Part shown: piece by piece, positions 45,339 through 54,517 of the stretch | Position numbering within the stretch: the first letter of the stretch is position 1 | Layout of the letters: the number at the start of each line of letters is the position of its first letter | Notes under the pieces: model-generated | Told to the model about the DNA's origin: nothing | The model's input: the letters and a program-made list of their open reading frames with translations, nothing else | The model's database searches: none | Made by a program: the position numbers and the translations under genes | Source of the DNA: Candidatus Hydrogenedentota bacterium | Lineage (GTDB): Bacteria; Hydrogenedentota; Hydrogenedentia; Hydrogenedentales; JAGMZX01 | DNA length: 64,000 nt | Assembly (NCBI GenBank): GCA_018005585.1 | Contig: JAGMZX010000009.1 | Location: 6,185 to 70,184 of the forward strand | Reading direction: 5' to 3'

Positions 45339-46826
45339 ATGCGAGACGGAACGACGCGCCGGGACTTCATGAAACTTGCGGGCGCCGCCGCGATGGGCGC
45401 CGCGGTCGGGGAACGGGCGGAAGCGCAGGAAGCCGCCAAGCCGGGCGCGCGCAACATCGTATTCATCCTCACGGATGACCAACGTTTCGACGCGCTGGGC
45501 ATGCTCAACCCCTATTTCGAGACGCCTGCGCTGGACGCGCTCGTCCGGGGCGGAATCCTGTTCGATCGCGCGTTCGTCACGACGTCGCTGTGTTCGCCGA
45601 GCCGCGCCTCCATACTTACCGGCCAGTACGCGCACCGGCACGGTATTCTCGACAACAACACCCTGCTGCCGGAATCCACGCCGACGTTTCCCCGGGAACT
45701 GAAGCGGGGCGGCTACGAGACCGCCTACGTCGGCAAGTGGCACATGGGCGGGTCCACCGACGCGCCGCAGCCGGGGTTCGACCATTGGGTGTCGTTTCGC
45801 GGCCAGGGCGTGTACCGGGACCCGACCTTCAACATCAACGGTGAGCAGGTGAAGCAGGAGGGCTACGTGACGGACCTGATCACGGATTACGCGGAGGAAT
45901 TCATTCGCAAGCCGCATTCGGGCCCGTTCCTGCTTTACGTCGGGCACAAGGCGGTGCACGCCGATTTCCAGCCCGCGCCGCGCCACGCGGGAAGCTACGC
46001 GGACCGGACCTATCCGCGCCCGGCGTCCATGGCCGATACGGAGGAGAACTATCGCGGCAAGCCGGCCTGGGTGCGCGCGCAGCGGCGCAGTTGGCACGGC
46101 GTGGACGGGATGTACAATAACACGACCGATTTCGACCGTTTTACGCGGGAATATGCGGAGACGCTGCGCGCGGTCGACGACAGCGTGGCCCGGGTTGTTC
46201 AAGCGCTGAGCGAGACGGACCAGTTGGACTCCACGATCATCGTGTTTACTTCGGACAACGGTTTTCAGTTCGGCGAACACGGCCTGATCGACAAGCGCAC
46301 CATGTACGAAGCCTCGATTCGTGTTCCGTTGATTGTTCATTGCCCGGGACTGTTTGCGGGCGGGCAGCGCCGCCGTGAAATGATCCTGAACATCGACTTC
46401 GCACCGACTTTCATCGAGGCGGCGGGCCTGCCCATACCCGACACCGTTCAGGGCGCTTCGTTCTACGGGCTGCTGGACGGATCGCGCACGGACTGGCGCG
46501 ACGCCTGGCTGTACGAGTATTTCTGGGAGCGGTCGTTTCCGCAGACGCCGTCCGTGCTGGGTGTGCGCACGGACCGCTACAAGTTCCTGCAGTATCACGG
46601 CGTCTGGGACCGCTACGAATTGTACGACCTCGACGCGGACCCCGGCGAGAGGAACAACCTGCTCGCGGATTTCCAGGTCGCGGCGGAAGGCGGCACGCTG
46701 GACGCGTTGATCGCTCGCAGGGCGAAGGGCGAACTGAAGGAGACTTATCAGCAAATGCGGAGCACTCTGGACCGGCTCCTTGCCGAAGCGGATTGTGCGG
46801 CGGAACCCAACTGGCATGTATGGTGA
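45339..46826 (+). CDS. Sulfatase (arylsulfatase/formylglycine-dependent family) with twin-arginine signal peptide
   Basis: Tat motif 'TRRDFMKLAGAAAMGAA'; sulfatase signature 'CSPSRASILTGQY' and 'NIVFILTDDQRFDALG'. Confidence 0.9.
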   Translation: MRDGTTRRDFMKLAGAAAMGAAVGERAEAQEAAKPGARNIVFILTDDQRFDALGMLNPYFETPALDALVRGGILFDRAFVTTSLCSPSRASILTGQYAHRHGILDNNTLLPESTPTFPRELKRGGYETAYVGKWHMGGSTDAPQPGFDHWVSFRGQGVYRDPTFNINGEQVKQEGYVTDLITDYAEEFIRKPHSGPFLLYVGHKAVHADFQPAPRHAGSYADRTYPRPASMADTEENYRGKPAWVRAQRRSWHGVDGMYNNTTDFDRFTREYAETLRAVDDSVARVVQALSETDQLDSTIIVFTSDNGFQFGEHGLIDKRTMYEASIRVPLIVHCPGLFAGGQRRREMILNIDFAPTFIEAAGLPIPDTVQGASFYGLLDGSRTDWRDAWLYEYFWERSFPQTPSVLGVRTDRYKFLQYHGVWDRYELYDLDADPGERNNLLADFQVAAEGGTLDALIARRAKGELKETYQQMRSTLDRLLAEADCAAEPNWHVW

Positions 46827-46888
46827 CTGCCGGGCCTGACAGTGTTAAGATAGGAATCGCTCGGCCAGAGCAGTAAGGAGGGCCCGGG

Positions 46889-47413
46889 ATGGTTCAGAGC
46901 ACAATGCCCGCCGCGGTGCGGCAGTATGTAACGGTAATGCGCCTGCTGGGCGTAGTCTACGCGGTTGCCGGGTGCGTCTTTTTCTTCTCTCCAAAGTTCG
47001 TTTTCTGGCTGCTGAACATGTTGCCCAGCATAACGACATCGCTGGCCCCGCTCCCGGAGAGCACGGAGTTCTTCTGGGTCTCGCTCACGTTCTCCATGAT
47101 GGCCATGCTCAGCGCGCTGTCTTTCGCCGCGGCCGCCGCGCCGCAGCAGCGCAGCTACGCCTGGATCCAAGTCCTCGCGAAAGTGGTGTCCAGCCTGGGT
47201 CTTTTCTATTACTTCATGCATCATCATGTTGACGGCAAGCCCGTCTTCGGCTACCTGGCCGGTGTTATCACGGACCTGCCCATCGCGATCCTGGTGCTTA
47301 TCCTGACCCTCCGCGCGGCTATAGCGGGGCGCGCGCCGGCCGCGGGCGCGCCGGACACGGGAGCGGACGCGCCGGACACGGGAGCGGACGCGCCGCCCAA
47401 GAGCGAGGAGTAG
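46889..47413 (+). CDS. Small 4-TM membrane protein (hypothetical) with C-terminal APDTGAD tandem repeat
   Basis: Four hydrophobic segments; 6 bp upstream of the tocopherol-cyclase-like gene. Confidence 0.5.
   Translation: MVQSTMPAAVRQYVTVMRLLGVVYAVAGCVFFFSPKFVFWLLNMLPSITTSLAPLPESTEFFWVSLTFSMMAMLSALSFAAAAAPQQRSYAWIQVLAKVVSSLGLFYYFMHHHVDGKPVFGYLAGVITDLPIAILVLILTLRAAIAGRAPAAGAPDTGADAPDTGADAPPKSEE
47349..47390 (+). repeat. Perfect 21-bp tandem direct repeat x2 (cgccggacacgggagcggacg), encoding APDTGAD-APDTGAD
   Basis: Read directly. Confidence 0.8.
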
Positions 47414-47418
47414 CGGTC

Positions 47419-48459
47419 ATGGGGCAGCGCGGCACGCTCGCCTCGGGGAACCGGCCGCTCTGGAGCCCTGCGCTCGAAGGGCCCGGACGCGGTTTTCAGG
47501 AAGTGTGGTACCTCAAGCTCAATGACGCAGGCGCGGGCCGCGCGCTCTGGCTGCGGTTTACGATCCTGGTGCGCAGCGACGGCTCAAAACGTATCGCGGA
47601 GACGTGGGCCATCGCGTTTCACCGCACGGACGGCAGCGTACTCAAGACGGCGCTCAAGCACACGCGACGGCTTGACGTTTTTGTGCCCGGCGCGGAGGAA
47701 GAAATGCCCAGCCTGCGCATCGGCAACTGCTTCTTCTCCGAAAACGCCACGGGTGGCGAACTCCAGGACAAGGGGCGCAGCATCCGCTGGGACTTGACGA
47801 TGCGGCCGGAACGTGACCTGGGTTTCGATTTCGTGCCTCAGTCCCTGGCGCGGGCGCGGCTGGTCAAGAATACGGCCCTGACCGTGTTCGAGGACCTGCG
47901 TTTCAACGGCTGGAGCGAGGTGGATGGCCAACGCCACGAGTGGCGCGACGCCCCAGGCATGCAGGGGCACCTTGCCGGGCCGAAAAACGGCCACTCCTGG
48001 GTCTGGGGCCACTGCAACACGTTTCGGGACGAACAAGGAAACCCGGTGGACTGCGTGTGGGACGGGTTGATGGCTCGCGCGCGCCTGGGCCGCGCCAAGG
48101 GCACGCCTCCGTTGACGAGCATGCTGATTTTCCACGAGGGGCGTGCATACCGTCTCAACCGTACGCGTCAGGCCCTGCGCACTCCGTCCCACGCCGATGA
48201 CACGGGATGGAGCTTCGACGCGCGCTTCCAATCGATCACGTTTCACGGCCAAGTGCGCGCGGCGCGCGGCCAGTTCGCGGGCGTCACCTACGAAGACACC
48301 GACGGGAGCCTCTTGTACTGCTACAATTCGAAGGTGTCGGACATGACGATCCGGGTACGGCGCGGGGACGCGCTCGAGCGGACGCTTACCGCCGTGGGTA
48401 CGGTCGCCTTCGAAGTCGTGACGCGCGAACGTTGGGCCGATGTGCCCCTCCTGATCTGA
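47419..48459 (+). CDS. Tocopherol cyclase-like family protein (bacterial homolog of VTE1/SXD1; function unknown)
   Basis: N-terminal 'FQEVWYLKLND' resembles the cyclase 'FFEGWYFKV' block. 'HEWRDAPGMQGHLAGPKNGHSWVWGHCNTF' resembles '[30 protein letters not shown]' of plant/cyanobacterial tocopherol cyclase, from memory. Confidence 0.6.
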   Translation: MGQRGTLASGNRPLWSPALEGPGRGFQEVWYLKLNDAGAGRALWLRFTILVRSDGSKRIAETWAIAFHRTDGSVLKTALKHTRRLDVFVPGAEEEMPSLRIGNCFFSENATGGELQDKGRSIRWDLTMRPERDLGFDFVPQSLARARLVKNTALTVFEDLRFNGWSEVDGQRHEWRDAPGMQGHLAGPKNGHSWVWGHCNTFRDEQGNPVDCVWDGLMARARLGRAKGTPPLTSMLIFHEGRAYRLNRTRQALRTPSHADDTGWSFDARFQSITFHGQVRAARGQFAGVTYEDTDGSLLYCYNSKVSDMTIRVRRGDALERTLTAVGTVAFEVVTRERWADVPLLI

Positions 48460-48561
48460 GGACTCCGTGAAACCGTGCAGACGCCGCGGTACTTGACGCC
48501 GCGCGGGCGTTTGTGCCAGAACACAGCGTAGATTTTCGCACCTTCCAAGGGAGGGAGCTTC

Positions 48562-49041
48562 ATGAACGCGGAACGTGAGGGGTCATGCCGCGCCCTGTCG
48601 CCGCGCGCGCGGCTGACGATGGAGGCGTTGATTGTCACGCTGGCCGGCGACGAGCGGGAACTGCTGGACCGCGTGGCGATGCCGGACGTCCTTGACCGAG
48701 CCGACCTGACGTTTCAGCATCTCCCTCCATTATTCCGGGCCGCCTGCCGGGTAACTCTGGGGGTCTTCGAATACCTGCCGTGCTTGTTGGCCCGGAAGGT
48801 CAGGCCGTTTTGCCGGCTGTCGCTCGAAGCGCGGACCAGGTACGCGGAGGTGTGGGCGCATCACTACCTCAGCGGGGTGCGCAACATTTTCAAGATCCTG
48901 CGTCTTATCGCCATTGGAAGTCTGGTCCAGGATCCCGCCGTGACCGCCGGGACCGGCTACGCGCCATTCCTCGAACACCGGCTCACGCGCCCGGCCGATG
49001 GCGCCGGCGGCCCCTGCGCCCCGGCGAGGACCGCGCCATGA
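48562..49041 (+). CDS. Hypothetical 159-aa protein. Stop overlaps the GMC oxidoreductase start (ATGA); possibly a partner subunit.
   Basis: ORF and translational coupling only; no motif recognised. Confidence 0.4.
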   Translation: MNAEREGSCRALSPRARLTMEALIVTLAGDERELLDRVAMPDVLDRADLTFQHLPPLFRAACRVTLGVFEYLPCLLARKVRPFCRLSLEARTRYAEVWAHHYLSGVRNIFKILRLIAIGSLVQDPAVTAGTGYAPFLEHRLTRPADGAGGPCAPARTAP

Positions 49042-50576
49042 CAAACGCCACGGCTTCTGGCATCGCTCCCGCGGATGCCGCGCAACTGGACGCGGACGTG
49101 GACGCCGCGTTCGACGCCGTTGTCGTGGGCAGCGGCGCGGGTGGCGCGGTCATTGCGAAAGAACTTGCGGAAGGCGGCCGGCGTGTCGCCATAGTCGAGG
49201 AGGGTGGAGTTCATACAGCCCACCGCGACGTGCCGTTCGCGTCGCTCGCGCGCCTCTACCGCGACTGCGGCTTTACCGGCACGCTGGGCCGGCCTGCGGT
49301 CGTCGCGCCCGCTGGCAAATGTTTCGGCGGCACAACGACCATCAATTCCGGCACGTGTTTCCGGACGCCCTCAGACGTGATTGCGCGTTGGCGCGGGGAT
49401 CTCGGGCTTACGGAGATTGAACCCGGGGATCTTGCCCGCGCGTCTGAGCGGGTCGAGCGCGAGATCAACGTTACCACGACCGACCTTGCCCTGATGAGCC
49501 GGGGGAATCAGCTCATTCATGAACTGCTGGAACGGGAAGGTCTGCGCGGCGCGCCGTTGCGGCGCAACGTCCGCGGTTGCGAGGGTTGCGGCACGTGTTG
49601 TTACGGCTGCACGTCAGGCGCGAAACAGAGCATGGACCGTTGCTACCTGCCGAAAGCGTTGCGCGCTGGCGCAACGGCCTTCGTGCATGCCCGCGCCGGG
49701 AAGATACTGTGCGACAGCGCGGGCAGGGCTGCGGGCATTGCCGCGGTTGCCGCGGGCGGACAACGCAGGCGTTTGACGCTGCGCGCGCCCGTCGTCGTGT
49801 TGGCGTGCGGCTCGTTCCTCACGCCGCAGGTGTTGAGAGACAACGGCATCGCGCACGGCAACCCGCATCTGGGCAGACACCTCACGGTGCACCCCGCAAC
49901 CAAGGTTTACGCGGAATTCGAGGAGCGGGTCGAGGACTGGAAAGGCGTGCCGCAATCGTATTCCTACGACGGCCTGCATGATGACGGGATCATGTTCGAG
50001 GGCGCGAGCATGCCGCCGGAATTGGCCGCCATGGCCATGCCCTTGATCGGTCCCCGGCTCGCGCATTTCATCAGGCGATACGCTCACATCGCGTCTTTCG
50101 GCATGATGGTCAGTGACACCACGGAAGGCCGCATGATGCGCGCGCCGGGCTACGGCTGCGTATTCCGTTACTCGCTGACAAAGACCGACCTCGAGCGCAT
50201 GCGGCGCGGCATCGCTTTTCTCGCGCGCCTGTATCTTCGCCATGGCGCGTTGCGCGTGTATACGCCCGTGAACCGGAAGGAAAACGTGTTTCACAGTCTC
50301 AATGACGTGGACCGCTTCGAGCGGGCGCCCCTGCGCGCGTCGGAAATCGAGGCGATGGCGTTTCACCCGCTGGGAACGTGCCGCATGGCCGCCTCGGCCG
50401 GGTGCGGCGTTTGCGGTCAGGACCATCAGGTCTATGGCGTGCCCGGCTTGTACGTGTGCGACGGCAGCATTGTGCCGAGCGCGCTCGGGGTGAATCCGCA
50501 AGTGACCATCATGTCGCTGGCCACGCGCCTCGCCGAACGCCTGCTGGGCCGGGAACTGCCGCCCGCGGCTTCGTAA
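49038..50576 (+). CDS. GMC-family FAD-dependent oxidoreductase (choline/glucose dehydrogenase-like)
   Basis: 'AVVVGSGAGGAVIAKELAEGG' FAD-binding GxGxxG near the N-terminus; C-terminal GMC block 'HPLGTCRMA...VCDGSIVPSALGVNPQVTIMSLA'. Confidence 0.85.
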   Translation: MTNATASGIAPADAAQLDADVDAAFDAVVVGSGAGGAVIAKELAEGGRRVAIVEEGGVHTAHRDVPFASLARLYRDCGFTGTLGRPAVVAPAGKCFGGTTTINSGTCFRTPSDVIARWRGDLGLTEIEPGDLARASERVEREINVTTTDLALMSRGNQLIHELLEREGLRGAPLRRNVRGCEGCGTCCYGCTSGAKQSMDRCYLPKALRAGATAFVHARAGKILCDSAGRAAGIAAVAAGGQRRRLTLRAPVVVLACGSFLTPQVLRDNGIAHGNPHLGRHLTVHPATKVYAEFEERVEDWKGVPQSYSYDGLHDDGIMFEGASMPPELAAMAMPLIGPRLAHFIRRYAHIASFGMMVSDTTEGRMMRAPGYGCVFRYSLTKTDLERMRRGIAFLARLYLRHGALRVYTPVNRKENVFHSLNDVDRFERAPLRASEIEAMAFHPLGTCRMAASAGCGVCGQDHQVYGVPGLYVCDGSIVPSALGVNPQVTIMSLATRLAERLLGRELPPAAS

Positions 50577-50590
50577 AAGGCGAGAGCGCG

Positions 50591-52405
50591 CTACGAAAGG
50601 CCCGAAAACTCCAGGATGTCTACCTGTTCTTCGCCCGCGCCGTGCATTCTGGGCAGCTGGAAGTCCTTGACTGTCCGGAAATGGGTCAAGTCCGCTTGCC
50701 ACTGCTGAAACATGGGCAGGAGCCCATCACGCAGTTCGTTTGAGCTTTCGAGGTACGTCCACGGAATGATCACATAGCGGATGCCGTGTTCGCGCAGCCA
50801 CGCGCGCTGCCGTTCCGCGTCGAGTCCGGCGATGCGCCGCATAGCCGCATGATTCTGGAACGCGGGACCTTCCAGGTAGTAGGTGCGCTGGTCCGGGGTG
50901 AGAATCACACCCTTGTCGGCGAGGTACCGGTTCGCATACTCGAAGACGGGGAATCGTTCGATATGCTCACGCAGGTATGCTTCGCGTGTCTGCTTTCCGA
51001 ACAGCACGGGTAACTTGGCTTGGAAAGTCATCACGTGGAGCGCCAGGCCATAGACGAAGGCGCACGTCAGCAGCACGGCGACGCCGTTCCAGAGCCAGCG
51101 CGCGCGGTTGGTCATCACCGCGGCGACAACCATCATCGGCAGGAAGAACGGCAGCAGGTATCGGGCGAGACGCTGATAGAAGAAGAAGAACGTGCCGCCC
51201 GCGATGCTGAACGCGCCCAGCGCCAGCGCCCTGCGCCCGCCCAAAACCAACCCGGGCATGCCCAGCGCCAGCACCATGCCGCCCGGCGACCTGCTCCAGC
51301 CGTCGTAGAGGTGCGGGCGCATGATGATGTCCCAGGGAAAGCGCATCAACGTCACCAGGCCGGCGCCGCCGGTGTCGCGCACGGATTCAGCAGCCCCAAA
51401 ACCCGGAAGAGCGGCATGTTCCATGCCGTGCGCCGGGAAAACAGACGACAATAGCGGGAAGACGGGATTGCCGGTAACGGCCGTGCTGCGCGCGAGCCAA
51501 GGCAGCGCGGTGACCGCGGCGAGCGCGGCGAAAAGCGTCGCGGCGCGGAATCGCCGTGCGCGCCCGCACCACAGGACGCCCGCGAACAGCAGCATGCAGA
51601 CGAGCAGGCCCGCGTGGCGCGCGCCGCAGGCGCTGCCCGCCAGCGCGGCGCTGAGCAGGAGCCAGCCGTCACGGCGCTCGTCGGCCCACGCGGCCAGAGC
51701 GGCCAGGGCCGCGGTTGTCATCGCCGCGAAGCCCAGGTCGATGGCAGGCGCACCTGCCTGGTCCAGGAATACCGGCGCCGTGGCGAGCAGCGCTGCGGCG
51801 GCAAAGCCGCAGCGCCGGTTCTCGATGCGTTTGCCGAGCGCGTATACGGCGAAACAGGCGAGCGCGCCGAAGGTCCAATTGACGAGTGAAACGGTCTGTT
51901 CGCCGCCGCCGGCATAGGCCGCCGCATACAGGCTGTGCAACAAGTGAGGATAGCCCGAGTATCCGTTACCGGGAAGCGCGTGTATGTAACCGTCGCGCGC
52001 GTATGCGGCAGGCAACGCGAGATGTGCCGCGGCCGCGTCCCAACTCGTCACGGGCGCCAAGGCCGACAGGAGCGCGATAAGCAAAGCGCCTGTAACGGCG
52101 CCCAGACTTATGAAATCGAAGAGGGTCAGCGGGGCACCGGCGGGCGCGGGTGCTGCCGCAGGGGCGTTGTGCGTGCGCCGGGCGCGTGAAATTTCCCAAA
52201 GCAATCCCGCGGCGGCGATGGTGTAGAGCGCGGTAGTCGCCAGGCTGAGACTGCTGCTGCCAAGGAGCATCGCCAACAGCGCGCAGAGCCCGAAACCCGC
52301 AAGCATGCGGTAGAGCCATCCTTCCACGCTCGTGCCAACGCCAAGCAGACGCGTCGCGAGCGTCCCCAGAACGGCTGCCGCTGCTATCAATGCCGGATAG
52401 GCCAT
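50591..52405 (-). CDS. Integral-membrane glycosyltransferase of the GT39/GT83 (PMT/ArnT-like, dolichyl- or undecaprenyl-phosphate-sugar dependent) type
   Basis: More than 10 predicted TM helices; N-terminal loop region and general architecture of ArnT/PMT-like 4-amino-arabinose or mannosyl transferases; no precise family confirmed. Confidence 0.65.
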   Translation of the reverse strand: MAYPALIAAAAVLGTLATRLLGVGTSVEGWLYRMLAGFGLCALLAMLLGSSSLSLATTALYTIAAAGLLWEISRARRTHNAPAAAPAPAGAPLTLFDFISLGAVTGALLIALLSALAPVTSWDAAAAHLALPAAYARDGYIHALPGNGYSGYPHLLHSLYAAAYAGGGEQTVSLVNWTFGALACFAVYALGKRIENRRCGFAAAALLATAPVFLDQAGAPAIDLGFAAMTTAALAALAAWADERRDGWLLLSAALAGSACGARHAGLLVCMLLFAGVLWCGRARRFRAATLFAALAAVTALPWLARSTAVTGNPVFPLLSSVFPAHGMEHAALPGFGAAESVRDTGGAGLVTLMRFPWDIIMRPHLYDGWSRSPGGMVLALGMPGLVLGGRRALALGAFSIAGGTFFFFYQRLARYLLPFFLPMMVVAAVMTNRARWLWNGVAVLLTCAFVYGLALHVMTFQAKLPVLFGKQTREAYLREHIERFPVFEYANRYLADKGVILTPDQRTYYLEGPAFQNHAAMRRIAGLDAERQRAWLREHGIRYVIIPWTYLESSNELRDGLLPMFQQWQADLTHFRTVKDFQLPRMHGAGEEQVDILEFSGLS

Positions 52406-52570
52406 CGCTGCTTTTTCAATCCTCCTCCCAACGCCGGTGCACGATACCATGGCGGATTGAAGCAAGTCATTCGGTGCGTGAGCGCTTTCCAGCCATCTTG
52501 CCCCTGGCCGCGCGAATATCCAAGAATTCAAACGGGTTTCCCGTCAAAGAGGTATTCCCTGACAGCAGAA

Positions 52571-52599
52571 GCGCCCCCAAGAGCGATTCTTGGGGGCGC
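52571..52599 (-). terminator. Strong hairpin GCGCCCCCAAGA-gcgat-TCTTGGGGGCGC downstream of rpoD: likely terminator of the dnaG-rpoD operon
   Basis: 12-bp perfect stem read directly. The minus-strand downstream tract TTCTGCTGTC is only moderately T-rich. Confidence 0.45.
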
Positions 52600-52628
52600 G
52601 CACCGTTGCAGGGCGGGCGTGCAGCGTC

Positions 52629-54389
52629 CTATTGATTCAGACTCCACTCGACGAATGACTTCAACTCGCGCGCGCGCGTCGGGTGGCGCATCTTGCGCAG
52701 CGCCTTGGCTTCGATCTGGCGCACGCGTTCGCGCGTCACGTTGAATACGCTGCCCACTTCTTCCAGCGTGCGCGGGTAGCCGTCACCGAGGCCGAACCGC
52801 AACCGCAGCACCTTCTCTTCGCGCTCGGTGAGTGTCGCGAGCACTTCGGAGAGCTTTTCCTGGAACACGCTGAACGCGGTGGCGTTCGCAGGGTTCTCGG
52901 CGCTCTTGTCTTCGATAAAATCGCCGAAACTCGAATCGCCTTCGTCGCCTACGGGCGTTTCGAGGCTGATAGCCTCCTGAGCGATCTTGAGGATCGAGCG
53001 CACCTTATCGGAAGACATGATCATTTCCTCCGCGATCTCTTCCGGGCTCGGTTCGCGGCCCAGCTGCTGGACCATCCGGCGGCTCGTGCGCACGAGCTTG
53101 TTGATGCTCTCGATCATGTGCACTGGAATGCGGATTGTGCGCGCCTGATCGGCGATCGAGCGGGTGATGGCCTGGCGGATCCACCACGTGGCGTACGTGC
53201 TGAACTTGTAGCCGCGCTGGTATTCGAACTTGTCTACGGCCTTCATCAGGCCGATGTTGCCTTCCTGGATCAGGTCGAGAAAGGACATGCCGCGGTTGGT
53301 ATACTTCTTGCCAATGCTGACGACCAGCCGCAAGTTGGCCTCGACCAGTTCCATCTTGGCCTTGTAAATCTTTTCTTCCTTCGCCTTGACTGTGTCGATG
53401 AGGGCGTTAATTTCATCCGCGCCGAGCTTGGCGTCGGCCTCGATCTGTTCGATGCGGCGCAACGACAATTGCAGACGCCGTTCCGCGTCGAGCACGACGT
53501 CCTTATCCAGGTTATACTTGGCTGCGGCGACAGGCGAGCGGCGCACCTGCACAGCCATCTTGTGCACATCGCGCCCTTCAAACCCGATTTCGCGCTCGAC
53601 CCGGTCAATCTCGTCGCGCGCAGCGTGGATGCGCCGCCTCAACCCCTTGATCTTGCGCGCGATCTTCATGATTTCTTTGGGCTTGAGACAGAACTGGCGG
53701 ATGATTTCGACCTGCTTCGAGCGATAGGCATCGACGCGTTTCTTGATGTTGTCGCGGCTCTTGCGCGAAAGGCGGGAACGCCGCTGCCGCTTTTCCTGAG
53801 ATTCGATGAGCACGTCGAGCGCGCCGATTTTCTCCATGAGTTCCGGCAGCCGCTTCACGAATTGGTGCTGCGTCCGCGGGTCCTCGATGTCGGTAATCTG
53901 GACAAAGCTGAGCCTGCCCGCGAGCAGGCGCGCGGCAATCATCGTGATTTCTTTGAGCGTGTAGGGCGTATGCAGGAGGACTTCAATGAGCTCCTGTTCC
54001 GCGGCCTCGATCCGCTTGGCAATCGCGACTTCCTGGTCCTTGGTCAAGAGGGGCACGCGGCCCATCTCGCGCAAATACATGCGCACGGGGTCGTCCGCCC
54101 GTTCGAGGCGGCTGTGCGCCGCTTCGCGCTTGAGTTCCTGCTTGCGTGCCTGGGCCGCCTGCTTCTTCGCCTGTTCCTGCGACTCGGTGTCGATCTTGAA
54201 TTCATCTACGACCTCGACGTTCATGTCGCTCAGCGCTACCATGACCTCATCGAAGTCCACGACCGGCGCGTCTTCCGGCAGCATCTCGGCGAGTTCGTCG
54301 TAGGTTACCTTGCCCTTTTTACGAGCCTCTTCGAGCGCCTTGCGTGTCTTTTCGGATTCAATTGCCTTGGTCTTGGAAGTTACCGCCAT
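52629..54389 (-). CDS. rpoD: RNA polymerase primary sigma factor sigma-70
   Basis: Regions 1.2-4.2 present: '[17 protein letters not shown]', '[36 protein letters not shown]', '[30 protein letters not shown]'. Confidence 0.95.
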   Translation of the reverse strand: MAVTSKTKAIESEKTRKALEEARKKGKVTYDELAEMLPEDAPVVDFDEVMVALSDMNVEVVDEFKIDTESQEQAKKQAAQARKQELKREAAHSRLERADDPVRMYLREMGRVPLLTKDQEVAIAKRIEAAEQELIEVLLHTPYTLKEITMIAARLLAGRLSFVQITDIEDPRTQHQFVKRLPELMEKIGALDVLIESQEKRQRRSRLSRKSRDNIKKRVDAYRSKQVEIIRQFCLKPKEIMKIARKIKGLRRRIHAARDEIDRVEREIGFEGRDVHKMAVQVRRSPVAAAKYNLDKDVVLDAERRLQLSLRRIEQIEADAKLGADEINALIDTVKAKEEKIYKAKMELVEANLRLVVSIGKKYTNRGMSFLDLIQEGNIGLMKAVDKFEYQRGYKFSTYATWWIRQAITRSIADQARTIRIPVHMIESINKLVRTSRRMVQQLGREPSPEEIAEEMIMSSDKVRSILKIAQEAISLETPVGDEGDSSFGDFIEDKSAENPANATAFSVFQEKLSEVLATLTEREEKVLRLRFGLGDGYPRTLEEVGSVFNVTRERVRQIEAKALRKMRHPTRARELKSFVEWSLNQ

Positions 54390-54517
54390 GTGCTGTTACC
54401 ACCTGAATTGTGCCCTTGCCGATTGAACCACCATTTCCGCATGTGCCGCCGGCGCCTGCGGCGGGCCGCGCAAACTGCGCCGCCTCGCACCGCCTCGCCG
54501 CGCAAGCACCTTTTCCG

